A DNA stretch of 63,803 bases, counting the filler, from Octopus bimaculoides (taxonomy: Eukaryota), in assembly GCF_001194135.2 (NCBI RefSeq). It is 11 parts of 11 records of this genome, joined end to end, with 100 filler letters (N's around TTAATTAATTAA, not from the genome) between each part and the next. Parts side by side here need not be neighbours in the genome. Positions count along the whole stretch, not along the records: positions 47,876 to 52,760 come from NC_069007.1; positions 52,861 to 55,273 come from NC_068982.1; positions 55,374 to 59,447 come from NC_069005.1; positions 59,548 to 61,419 come from NW_026424619.1; positions 61,520 to 62,652 come from NC_068981.1; 6 more parts are not named here. One strand, 5' to 3'. The translations under genes were made by a program, and so were the position numbers. Below the pieces are notes generated by a model. The model made no database searches and was not told where the DNA came from. It was given only the letters and a program-made list of their open reading frames with translations. Shown in pieces: positions 50,509 to 61,789 of this stretch (within the stretch, counting starts at the first letter, position 1; every line of letters begins with the position of its first letter).

Positions 50509-50863
50509 GGTGGTTGTCTACTCCTTAAACAGAGTTTGACCACCTCCTGCACCTACACCTTAGCCCTTTCATGGCGTCTGATGTGACTTTTTAAACCAGA
50601 CAGTGTTTTGAAAAAACACCCACACAGATTGCACCTCTGATTTGTACTACCAATACCTGCAAGTAAGTTCTGCTCATTGTGGATCCTAACATGTCTTTTA
50701 AGACCCCCATTGAATTTGCAACAATCCCTCTGGCACACACCACATTCATGCATGTGCACAGACATATAATCAGAATAGCTGGTTGAAGTTTATTTTCCAT
50801 GGGTTCGCAGGTGAGATTTGAGGCCAGCCAAGGACAGACATGGTCTGTCACAGACTGTGCACA

Positions 50864-50866
<3 letters not shown>
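50508..50866 (-). mobile_element. 5'-truncated retroposon end encoding three C2H2 zinc fingers, (TA)n-tailed
   Basis: One frame reads CTVCDRPCLSLAGLKSHLRTH-GK*..HECGVCQRDCCKFNGGLKRHVRIH..CNLCGCFFKTLSGLKSHIRRH..KV*. A homologous copy lies at 63163-63440. Confidence 0.7.
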
Positions 50867-50916
<50 letters not shown>

Positions 50917-51050
50917 TTACAAATTAAAAGGGTAAAGGATTATCAATTTATTAATTAATAAATAAATTAACAATTAATAATTTTTACCAAGCCCATCGGT
51001 ATGAAAGCACCATTATTGGTGGAGAACTTATTTAAAAGCTCATATATATT

Positions 51051-51507
51051 TATGAACATAATTAAGGGATCAGCAAATATTTGCTTCACCATATACCGAA
51101 GTTCAGAAATAGCAGCTAAAAAAGCTGAGAATCCCACAGATAGCATCACTTGTAACTCACAAAGGCAAAAACAAGAAGAAAAAACAATGAAAAACTAACC
51201 ATTCCGGAGGTTAACAGTAGACGCGTTTCTGGATTATGATTGATAATCAATTTCCTTCATCAATACTGTATTCCAGTAGTAAATTCGACTATGCTAGCAA
51301 ACTGTGCAAGCATGGATGAGTAACATTCCACACCGACACAGATCTGAAAGCATAACCGTTAGTTTTTCATTGTCTTTTTCTTCTTGTTTTTGCCTTTGTG
51401 AGTTGCAAGTGATGCTATCTGTGGGATTCTCAGCTTTTTTAGCTGCTATTTCTGAACTTCGGTATATGGTGAAGCAAATATTTGCTGATCCCTTAATTAT
51501 GTTTATA
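51051..51507. mobile_element. Foldback MITE with about 150-bp TIRs in a (TA)n context
   Basis: 51055-51199 is a near-identical reverse complement of 51358-51503, with a 158-bp spacer. Confidence 0.85.
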
Positions 51508-51611
51508 TATATATATATATATTGATTCATGAGTGAGTGGACTAATGAAAGAAAGGGCACTCAACACAATTGTTGGGAGTTTTATGTATTGTTTGAAACA
51601 GTTTAATTCAG

Positions 51612-51745
51612 ATTCTGTGCTACTTCAAGTTTTGAAGCCATTAACGGATCCTCTCATTAGGATGGTCAAAAATCCGAAATCCAGATTTTTACTGGCTTGA
51701 GGAGAGGATCCATTTGAGGCTATGAAACTTGAAATAGCATCGAAT
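51612..51745. repeat. Imperfect long hairpin
   Basis: ATTCTGTGCTACTTCAAGTTTTGAAGCCATTAACGGATCCTCTC pairs imperfectly with GAGAGGATCCATTTGAGGCTATGAAACTTGAAATAGCATCGAAT, with an inner AAAAATC/GATTTTT stem. Confidence 0.7.
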
Positions 51746-51803
51746 CCAAATCAAACTGGTTTGGACAATATATATGTGTATGTGCGTGCGTGTGTGTGTA
51801 TGT

Positions 51804-51835
<32 letters not shown>

Positions 51836-52461
51836 AAGTGAGGGTGGAAGAAAGGTAAAAGAAAAACAGTTTATTAAAATGTTCAAACCTGTTCTGAACG
51901 GAAATACAGACAACAATATAACAACCAGTTAATGATGTAGATTAAAGAATATCTATAGCATATGCATATAAACAAATTACAGAATATCAGTTATGATGTT
52001 AAGCTGCATGCAGATTGGTCAAAATCATTCCAAAAATTTAGCTTGTTGGAGTGTTCTAAGAGGTACTATTGTTGTCAAGTTAAAAACATTTTGAAATCTG
52101 ATGATTACTGAAAGCACTAATTGAACTTTATGAAATTTACAAAATATTTTTATAATGTTAAAATACCATAATATAAAACGTGAAAACCAGACCATGTTTT
52201 AACTTTATTCAGCTGAAATATTATTCTATATACATTCACACAAATTCAGAAAACATATATATAGTTCAAATTTACAGAAAACAAAAGATGAAGACAGGTG
52301 CAGGAACAGCAAACAGGTGTATTAGTTTGACACTTGGGAAGGATGGAAAAGTCTTTGATGTTTTGAGCCTATGCTATTCTATAGAATGGGTGGAGAGAGA
52401 ATGAAAGAAAACAGAGAGAGTAAAAAATGTGTAGAAATTAACTGTTCAACATATATAATAT

Positions 52462-52495
<34 letters not shown>

Positions 52496-52694
52496 GTGTG
52501 TGAGTAAAAATAAATACAAAAAAGGGGCTTTGTATGATCGTGTATAGAGGAATATATTATTTTATTTAAAAGAGTTCCAAATCTGTCTGTTTTTTATGTT
52601 TTATTTATATTCTTGTAAAATTAATGTGGGATATAGAATATGGAATACATAATATATAATATAAAAATGGACGGTACAATGAAATGAAGTATTG

Positions 52695-52760
52695 AATGTC
52701 TTATTGAATATATGGAATATGTCTTATTGAATATATGGAATATGTCTTATTGAATATATG
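52695..52760. repeat. 23-bp tandem repeat running into a gap
   Basis: TGTCTTATTGAATATATGGAATA repeated about three times. Confidence 0.85.
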
Positions 52761-52860
52761 NNNNNNNNNNNNNNNNNNNNNNNNNNNNNNNNNNNNNNNN
52801 NNNNTTAATTAATTAANNNNNNNNNNNNNNNNNNNNNNNNNNNNNNNNNNNNNNNNNNNN

Positions 52861-52892
<32 letters not shown>

Positions 52893-52904
52893 CATAGACA
52901 TGTG

Positions 52905-53185
52905 GCCTTGTGATTAGGCTTGCTTCTCTTATCGTCTTATGATCGTGGTTTCGATTCCCAGACCGGCTACGCGTAGTGTTCTCGAGCAAAACATTTCATT
53001 TCCAGTTGCTGCAGTCCACGCAAATGTATAAAGTTGTAACCCAGCGACGGACTACCTTCCAGGCAAGGGAGAAAGTTGGCCCGCTCGCCTAGCCAAAGGG
53101 GTTGCATCATGCGGAAAATAAAACGATGCAAAGAGTATGGTGACCAGCGATGTATAATGACATCCAATGGTCTGGTCGAACCCGA
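52905..53185 (+). mobile_element. Diverged tRNA-derived SINE, V-SINE-like
   Basis: B-box GGTTTCGATTCC, CORE/V-like GTGTTCTCGAGCAAAACATTT, and GTAACCCAGCGACGGACTA, which recalls the V-SINE body. Confidence 0.5.
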
Positions 53186-54284
53186 GATGCCGAGATTCTA
53201 TTTTAACTTGTTCTCGGGTTTGCATGCTTCTGTTATGTTGTAAATAAGGAGGTTTTAATCTTATCAGCTTTGTAATGTATTAACTTCAGTAAACAGCTTG
53301 ATGTGACGCATTTTGTTCTATACCTGGCAAGCTTTTGATTCATGTAATAATCTTTGTGTGCATTATATGAACATAGACAGAAATACAACACAGCAAATAC
53401 ATTAAACTCTACATCTACTAAAAATACATACATTTTAGTAGTGGTTGTCAGATGTGTTACCGTGTTGAACATATTAATATTCAGGCATACGTATAAACCA
53501 TAGAAACTTTGTCTTATTTCTATACATAATACGACTTTAAGCTGACTTAATCTTTGTTTCGTAGTGAGTATCAATAGATTTGAAAACAAATTACGATCAG
53601 ATTACATCTTAATGCTACAAGAACAGTATAATTATGAAGAATATTTATCATCCTTCTTGGATGTGCATCAATTCCTTACAGAATCTCCGCTCTAAGTTTT
53701 CAATATGACGTATCATTATTTACGATACGGAATTTTCTTTAATAAAATGCTTCCTTAAAAGGTCTCCTTCGGTCATGAATGACGATAGAATTGCATGATT
53801 GTGACCCCGATGCACTAACCACAATCTTTAAAATATGGGTCTTTTTAATTCTTCACGATTTTATGCCTTTCTGTTTCGTGTGGACATCCTACAATTTTAA
53901 ACTTTGATTTTTATGGACGACAGATTAGTACAATGTGGACCAAATTAAGATAAGGGTTTTCAAAGGGGCTTGTTGCACGATGTGAGAGAAATATCAATCG
54001 AATACTTCTTGAAATGTACTGTCTTCGTTTTAAGGATACCTTGAATAAGGGAATGTATAAAAACAGAAAAACAATATCCTTGCGATGCAGTATTTTTGAT
54101 CGTACAGTTGCGAGATCAGCGTCGAAGCTTTGCTATAGTAATAAAGTAAATTAAAACAAGTGTAGTTGATTCCTTGGACACTACAATCTTCTGTGGTGCG
54201 GATTGAGCAGGAAACCAAAATTGGCTCACACTGAGATGAACAAAGCACACATATATAACACGTGTGCGTATATATATATATATA

Positions 54285-55165
54285 GGGAGAATTCACAAAG
54301 AAAAAAACAAAAGACGAAGACAGGTGGTGTAGACAACAATCAGATGTATTAGCNNNNNNNNNNNNNNNNNNNNNNNNNNNNNNNNNNNNNNNNNNNNNNN
54401 NNNNNNNNNNNNNNNNNNNNNNNNNNNNNNNNNNNNNNNNNNNNNNNNNNNNNNNNNNNNNNNNNNNNNNNNNNNNNNNNNNNNNNNNNNNNNNNNNNNN
54501 NNNNNNNNNNNNNNNNNNNNNNNNNNNNNNNNNNNNNNNNNNNNNNNNNNNNNNNNNNNNNNNNNNNNNNNNNNNNNNNNNNNNNNNNNNNNNNNNNNNN
54601 NNNNNNNNNNNNNNNNNNNNNNNNNNNNNNNNNNNNNNNNNNNNNNNNNNNNNNNNNNNNNNNNNNNNNNNNNNNNNNNNNNNNNNNNNNNNNNNNNNNN
54701 NNNNNNNNNNNNNNNNNNNNNNNNNNNNNNNNNNNNNNNNNNNNNNNNNNNNNNNNNNNNNNNNNNNNNNNNNNNNNNNNNNNNNNNNNNNNNNNNNNNN
54801 NNNNNNNNNNNNNNNNNNNNNNNNNNNNNNNNNNNNNNNNNNNNNNNNNNNNNNNNNNNNNNNNNNNNNNNNNNNNNNNNNNNNNNNNNNNNNNNNNNNN
54901 TATATATATATATGGGAGAATATACAAATAATAACAACAGACGAGGACAGGTGGTGTAAATAACAAAAGTATATATATATATATAGGGAGAATTCACAAA
55001 GAAAAAAACAAAAGACGAAGACAGGTGGTGTAGACAACAATCAGATGTATTAGCATAACGATCAGGAAGTGAAAGAGCCGTTAATGTTTCGAGTCTACGC
55101 TCTTCCACAGAAAGGAACACAGAAAGAAACAAGGAGAGAAAGAAGGAGACGCAATGGCCCACTGG
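54285..55165 (-). mobile_element. Tandem Penelope-like terminal-repeat units separated by (TA)n
   Basis: GGGAGAATTCACAAAG..GACGAAGACAGGTGGTGTAGACAAC at 54285 and 54986, with a variant at 54913. A hammerhead-like motif lies on the minus strand at 55082-55114. Confidence 0.6.
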
Positions 55166-55727
55166 CCCAATGACATGGCTTTGGTCGGCCCGAGGCTATA
55201 GTAGAGGACACTCACCCAAGGTGCCACGCAGTGGGACTGAAACCAGAACCATGTGGTTGATAAGCAAGCTACTNNNNNNNNNNNNNNNNNNNNNNNNNNN
55301 NNNNNNNNNNNNNNNNNTTAATTAATTAANNNNNNNNNNNNNNNNNNNNNNNNNNNNNNNNNNNNNNNNNNNNAACAAAATAAAGAAACAGAATGCAAAA
55401 ATTTATCCGTGGCCACCACCATCCATTTCCATTGCTTCCACCGCGCACAATCGCATTTGTCTTAGAAGCCTTAGCTACTTCTGAACAATGAAATATAAAG
55501 ACAGTATTTAGAAAAAAAGAAAATACTAAGAAAAACAAAACACAAAAAAGGTAGCGTTTTCTTAAAAGTACACCAAATCTCTACAGGAAGAAATTCTTCC
55601 GCTGCAGGCTATGAACTACACCTACTACCTCTACTGCTGCTGCTGCTGATGTAACTACTACTAGTACTACCACTACTACTACTACAACTCCAACAGCTGC
55701 TGCTACAGCTTCAGCTGCAGCTGTTGT

Positions 55728-55812
<85 letters not shown>

Positions 55813-55907
55813 AACAATAATAATAATACAACTGTTGTTGTTGTTGCTGCTACTACGACTACTATACCAGACTTATACGTGTACGATCCGGAAAACCATA
55901 GCATAGA

Positions 55908-56070
55908 GGAGCAGGTGTGGCTGTGTGGTTAGAAGCTCGCTTCCCAACCACACATGGTTCCGAGTTCAGTCCCACTACGTGCCACCTTGGGCAAGTGTCT
56001 TCTACTATAGCCTCGGGACGACCAAAGCCTTGTGAGTGGTCTTGGTACACGGAAACTGAAAGAAACCTTT

Positions 56071-56112
<42 letters not shown>
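55908..56112 (+). mobile_element. SINE family A 5' half, tail-to-tail with a family D end
   Basis: GGAGCAGGTGTGGCTGTGTGGTTAGAAG..GAGTTCAGTCCC..GAAACTGAAAGAAACC(TA)n. Confidence 0.85.
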
Positions 56113-56113
<1 letters not shown>

Positions 56114-56164
56114 TCGTGGCACTCCGTCGGTTACGACGACGAGGGTTCGAGTTGATCCAATCAA

Positions 56165-56346
56165 CATTAAGGCATTAAGTCGATTACATCGACTCCAGGG
56201 CGTAACTGGTACTTTATTTATCGACCCCGAAAGGTTAAAAGGCAAAGTCTACCTCGGCGGAATTTGAACTCAGAACGTAACGGCAGACGAAATACCGCTA
56301 AGCATTTCGCCCGGCGTGCTAACGTTTCTGCCAGCTCGCCGCCTTA
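56165..56346 (-). mobile_element. SINE family B
   Basis: Reverse-complement match to 45978-46150. Confidence 0.88.
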
Positions 56347-56579
56347 ATACTACAGTATATTACAACATACACCACACACTACATTATCGTACATCACATA
56401 CTACAACACTTTACTATATATTACTCTACTTTGCTCTGTACCAATGGTTTCTAACCCTTTTATGTAAATGAGTGTTCCTACGAACACCCTTGACATGCTT
56501 ATCCTTATATATATTCGCCATGATAGATCGCTAGCCACTACACATTCTTTATTTTCTCTCCTTGTTTCTTTTTGTGTTT

Positions 56580-56615
56580 CTTTCTGTGGAAGAGCGTAGG
56601 CTCGAAACGTTAAAG
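56580..56615 (+). ncRNA. Minimal hammerhead-like fold with variant core CUGUGGA
   Basis: CUUU-CUGUGGA-A-GAGC(GUAG)GCUC-GAAAC-GUU-AAAG: 4-bp stems I and II, palindromic AACGUU, and A6 replaced by U. Confidence 0.55.
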
Positions 56616-56648
56616 TGTTTTTTCACTTCCCGATCGTTAAACTAATAC

Positions 56649-56702
56649 ATCTGTTTGTTGTCTACACCACCTGTCTTCGTCTTTTGTTTTTTTGTGAATT
56701 CT

Positions 56703-56752
<50 letters not shown>

Positions 56753-56801
56753 AGAATTCACAAAAAAAGACGAAGACAGGTGGTGTAGACAACAAACAGA
56801 T
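56649..56801. repeat. Palindrome of Penelope-like terminal repeats centred on (TA)n
   Basis: Arms 56649-56705 and 56750-56801 are reverse complements except for a 5-nt indel, and the (TA)n centre is itself self-complementary. Confidence 0.9.
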
Positions 56802-56811
56802 ATATATAGAC

Positions 56812-56860
<49 letters not shown>

Positions 56861-57767
56861 TATGAAATTTCGAATTTAGTTCACAGACCCCAGTACTATG
56901 TTTGTGGACCACCAGGGGTCCACTGCTTTATACGCTACACGTCTTTGCGGTGCTCTGTATAATCCATAGATTATATACACCAACACCCTTTACTTCAGCA
57001 CCACATTACAATACGACACAGTTTCTTAAGCCTGTTCTATTAAGCGAATATCAATCACATCGTAACAGCAAAACAAAACAAAAAATACTGTTTACCACAG
57101 CAAGAACAATTACATGAAGAACAACAAAAGAAACTTGGATATTAAAAACGCCACAACAAACACAACGGAGAACAATTAAAGCAATTATATTAAACTTTTA
57201 TCGTTGTTGTTCTTGTTTTTCTTGTGGCTGTTAAGGTCGATACTGCCTTTGTCTCTGCCGTTGTTGTTGTTGTTGTAGCTGCTCCTGCTGCTGCGGTTAC
57301 TAGTTTTTCTGATGTTCTTTCTTGTTGTTTGTGCTGACTTTATTCATGCTGCCGTCGTTGTTGTTATTGTTTGAACTGTTTGTTATTAATGACCAAATCC
57401 ATTGTTAGCAATAAACATAAGATTTATTTCCTCTTCATCAGTGTAATTAGCTAAACTAATTATTTTTACGGAGCTAATTAAACGGTTGATGGATTTGGCA
57501 GAAATCTCGTTGTTGGTTCTAGACGCGTCTTTGTGCATTACTGCTGAATCTGTTTCTGTGTGGCAAAAATACCCGTCGAACAGTTGATGTGTGCTCAAAC
57601 TACCCGACAATCCATGTTCAAATTATACACAAATACCTCCATAAATAAGAAGAAAAACAATGTGTGCATTATATCTTAGAGCAGAAACAGTTGTAAGCTA
57701 ACGTGGCTGTGTGGCTAAGACGACCTCGGCGGAATTTGAACTCAGAACGTAACCGGCAGACGAAATA

Positions 57768-58001
57768 CCTATTTCGTTATTGCCCACAAGGGGCTAAACA
57801 TAGAGGGAACAAACAAGAACAGACGAACGGATTAAGTCGATTACATCGACCCCAGTGCGTAACTGGTACTTAATTTATCGACCCCGAAAGGATGAAAGGC
57901 AAAGTCGACCTCGGCGGAATTTGAACTCGGAACGTAACGGCAGACGAAATACCGCTAAGCATTTCGCCCGGCGTGCTATCGTTTCTGCCAGTTCGCCGCC
58001 T
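57768..58001 (-). mobile_element. Full-length SINE family B with Tx1-like tail, partial copy at about 57720-57765
   Basis: Reverse-complement match to 45978-46212, including the GGGCAATAACGAAATA tail. Confidence 0.88.
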
Positions 58002-59216
58002 TGTACAAACGTACTACAGGTGCGTTTCTTTATTCGTTCGAACTACATGATTCATGCGATCGTTCTTATTCTAAGCTTCTCACTTGTTTACGTTCGTTCA
58101 GGAAATGTCAGTGCGTGTACTGTACAGGATGAGAGAGATATGATAACGATTTATGTTCATCAGTTTATTATACATATCTCCATCATCATCTTTGAAATCT
58201 GGTGACGTACAAAAGGGCAAACATTATATGAAAAGAATTCATATATTGTTCATAAGTGTATATGAATAATTTATTGAAAGTGATACAAGGTAATTGTCTA
58301 AAATACGACCAGATTCACACACGTGCTCGCTCTTGTACTTTCTCTTTGCATGTATTTATGTATAGATGTAGAAAAATCAATAACGAAAACATAAGCAAAT
58401 TCAAAAAGCAACGAAAATCCAAAGGATGTTCACAGTTAATATTATTAGGTTAATGTTTACGGAACGATGAAGTTTTAGAATGAAAGTTGTAGAGTAAAAA
58501 TATTTCGGACAGTGTTCTTCGTCCGATACGCAGAGCAAAGTCCAGGGAAGAGGAAAAAGAAAGAGAAAATGAGAGAGAAAGAGAGAAAGAAAGAAAGAGA
58601 AAGACAAGAGGAAGAGTAATAAGAAAAGAGGAGAGATCCAATGAAAGAAACGTATTTGGGTAACTCACATCTTGGATCCTTCGGAAGTGGGAGAGGTAAT
58701 TGTAGTTTTATATAGCAAGTGAGTGCTTGTTTGTATGTGTGCGGGGGAGAGTTGCATGTGCTGGTGTGAGGGCACATGTGTATATAGTGTATATGGATAT
58801 GTATGTATATTTTAAAATAGTCAAACCATTTAACAATATTTTGAATATCAAAGTATTTTGATGTCTTAACTGAGGAAGATTTTGCGTAAGAGATAAAATT
58901 CCATTTTTATCTATGGCGCAATTATCTGAAACGTGCATCCTAAATATCATTACTTGGTTTGGCTTCATTTCTATACATTATATGAGGTGGCCAGACCTAA
59001 ACTATTCACACATTTCCCCAAGGTGCCCTGCATTGGGACTGAAGCCGGAACCATGTGGCTCGTAAGCAAGTTACTTACAACACAGCCACTCCCCCGACTA
59101 TATATATACGTTTTTTTAATGTATGTATGCATGCACATATATACATGTATGTATGTATGCACGCATGTATGTATGTAAGAATGTATGTATGAAAGTATGT
59201 ATGTATGTACGCATGA

Positions 59217-59250
<34 letters not shown>

Positions 59251-59693
59251 GTATAAATGTATGTATCTTTGTGTATGTATGTAAGCATGCACACATGCAT
59301 GTATGTATTTATACATGTATGTATGTATGTACGTATGCATATATACATGTATGTACGCATGTATATATAAATATATGTATGCCTGTGTATGCATGTATGT
59401 ATATATGTATGTTTGCACGCACGTATACATGTATGTAACTCGGTTGTNNNNNNNNNNNNNNNNNNNNNNNNNNNNNNNNNNNNNNNNNNNNTTAATTAAT
59501 TAANNNNNNNNNNNNNNNNNNNNNNNNNNNNNNNNNNNNNNNNNNNNATATATATATGAATTTGTCTATATACAGCAGAGTTGAAGCATTGGGGTAACCA
59601 GGATGTTCTGTTGATCTGAAGTGCTAGCCTTCTATGTCAGCATTGATTTGTAAATGTACAAAGTACTGTGAAATATGTAGCATGTATATTGGT

Positions 59694-60815
59694 GGAGACA
59701 CGCATGCGTGGCTATGTGGTAAGGAGCTTGCTTCCCAACCACATGATTCCGTGTTCAGTCAAACTGCGTGGCACTTCGGGTACGTACTTTCTACTGTAGC
59801 CTCGGGCCGATCAAATCCTTGTGAGTGGATTTGGTAGACGGAAACTGAAAGAAACCCGTCGTATATATATANNNNNNNNNNNNNNNNNNNNNNNNNNNNN
59901 NNNNNNNNNNNNNNNNNNNNNNNNNNNNNNNNNNNNNNNNNNNNNNNNNNNNNNNNNNNNNNNNNNNNNNNNNNNNNNNNNNNNNNNNNNNNNNNNNNNN
60001 NNNNNNNNNNNNNNNNNNNNNNNNNNNNNNNNNNNNNNNNNNNNNNNNNNNNNNNNNNNNNNNNNNNNNNNNNNNNNNNNNNNNNNNNNNNNNNNNNNNN
60101 NNNNNNNNNNNNNNNNNNNNNNNNNNNNNNNNNNNNNNNNNNNNNNNNNNNNNNNNNNNNNNNNNNNNNNNNNNNNNNNNNNNNNNNNNNNNNNNNNNNN
60201 NNNNNNNNNNNNNNNNNNNNNNNNNNNNNNNNNNNNNNNNNNNNNNNNNNNNNNNNNNNNNNNNNNNNNNNNNNNNNNNNNNNNNNNNNNNNNNNNNNNN
60301 NNNNNNNNNNNNNNNNNNNNNNNNNNNNNNNNNNNNNNNNNNNNNNNNNNNNNNNNNNNNNNNNNNNNNNNNNNNNNNNNNNNNNNNNNNNNNNNNNNNN
60401 NNNNNNNNNNNNNNNNNNNNNNNNNNNNNNNNNNNNNNNNNNNNNNNNNNNNNNNNNNNNNNNNNNNNNNNNNNNNNNNNNNNNNNNNNNNNNNNNNNNN
60501 NNNNNNNNNNNNNNNTATATATACATACATATACATACATACATATATATATAAATATGTACGTATGTGTGTGTGTGTGTGTATACTTATGTGTATGTCT
60601 TTGTGTCTGTTTGTCCACCCCATTACCACTTGACAACGGGTGTTGGTGTGTTTATGTCACCGTAACTTAGTCGTTCCACAAAAGAGACCGGTAGAATAAG
60701 TACTAAAATAAAAAAAAAAGTCCTAGGTTCGATTTGTTCGACGAAAACCCTTCAAAGCAGTGCTCCAGCATGGCCGCAGTCAAATGACTTGAAAAAAATA
60801 AAAGAATAAAAGAAT
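59694..60815 (+). mobile_element. Bipartite SINE family A whose internal microsatellite collapsed into a gap
   Basis: 5' half at 59694-59871, N gap, then 3' half at about 60590-60815 ending AAAGAATAAAAGAAT. Confidence 0.75.
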
Positions 60816-60834
60816 ATACTAAATTATTATTCTT

Positions 60835-61038
60835 TTCTACCTTAGGCACAAGGCCCGAAATTTTGGAGGAAGGGGACAGTCGATTAGATCGACCCCAGTA
60901 CTCAACTGTTACTTAATTTATCGACCCCGAAAGGATGAATGTCGACCTGGGCGGAATTTGAACTCAGAATGTAAAGACAGACGAAATATCGCTAAGCATT
61001 TTGCCTGGCGTGCTAACGTTTCTGCCAGCTCGCCGCCT
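60835..61038 (-). mobile_element. SINE family B with CCTTGTGCCT tail
   Basis: GGCACAAGGCCCGAAAT..GTCGATTAGATCGACCCCAG..GCCAGCTCGCCGCC. Confidence 0.85.
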
Positions 61039-61325
61039 TATACTAAATTATTATTCCATGATTGCAGGCTGCGAAACGACCATCAAACTACAGGTATCAA
61101 ATGGTTAAATAAATATATTCATCTCTCATATCACCTAACTTTATGTGATCTGCATACTCCCACATGAAATAAATTCCTACATTGGATCTCCTGCATTTCA
61201 GCTGAATACGACTCTACATTATACTCGTCCGTATTGGATTACCATGTAGTATGGTAGCCGGCCGGGTCCACTAGAGAAACTTTCTATGATTGCCATAGAA
61301 TTCTATGAATCTATCTCTCTATCTC

Positions 61326-61398
<73 letters not shown>

Positions 61399-61789
61399 GC
61401 ATGTGTGTTCATGAGTGTCNNNNNNNNNNNNNNNNNNNNNNNNNNNNNNNNNNNNNNNNNNNNTTAATTAATTAANNNNNNNNNNNNNNNNNNNNNNNNN
61501 NNNNNNNNNNNNNNNNNNNATATTTATATTTATATATTTATATATTTGATCCTTTATATTGAACACTCAATATTTCATCTACATTCAATACTTTATTTCA
61601 TGGTGCCATCCATTTTTATTTTATTTTATATTGTATATTGTATATTGTATATTATATTATATATTGTATATTCCATATTCTATACCCCACATTAGTTCTG
61701 CAGGAATATAAATAAAACATAAAAAACAGACAGTGTTGGAACTCTTTTAAGCAAAATAATATATATATATATATATATATATGGAAATA

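Noticed and set aside
58047-58205. Signal-peptide-like ORF MIHAIVLILSFSLVYVRSGNVSAC..
   Set aside because: Short, AT-rich, directly beside a SINE, with no homology or splice support.
58490-58555. Hammerhead-like GGAC..GTCC-GAAAT-ATT on the minus strand
   Set aside because: The core reads CUGCGUA and stem I cannot form, so it is at most a decayed relic.
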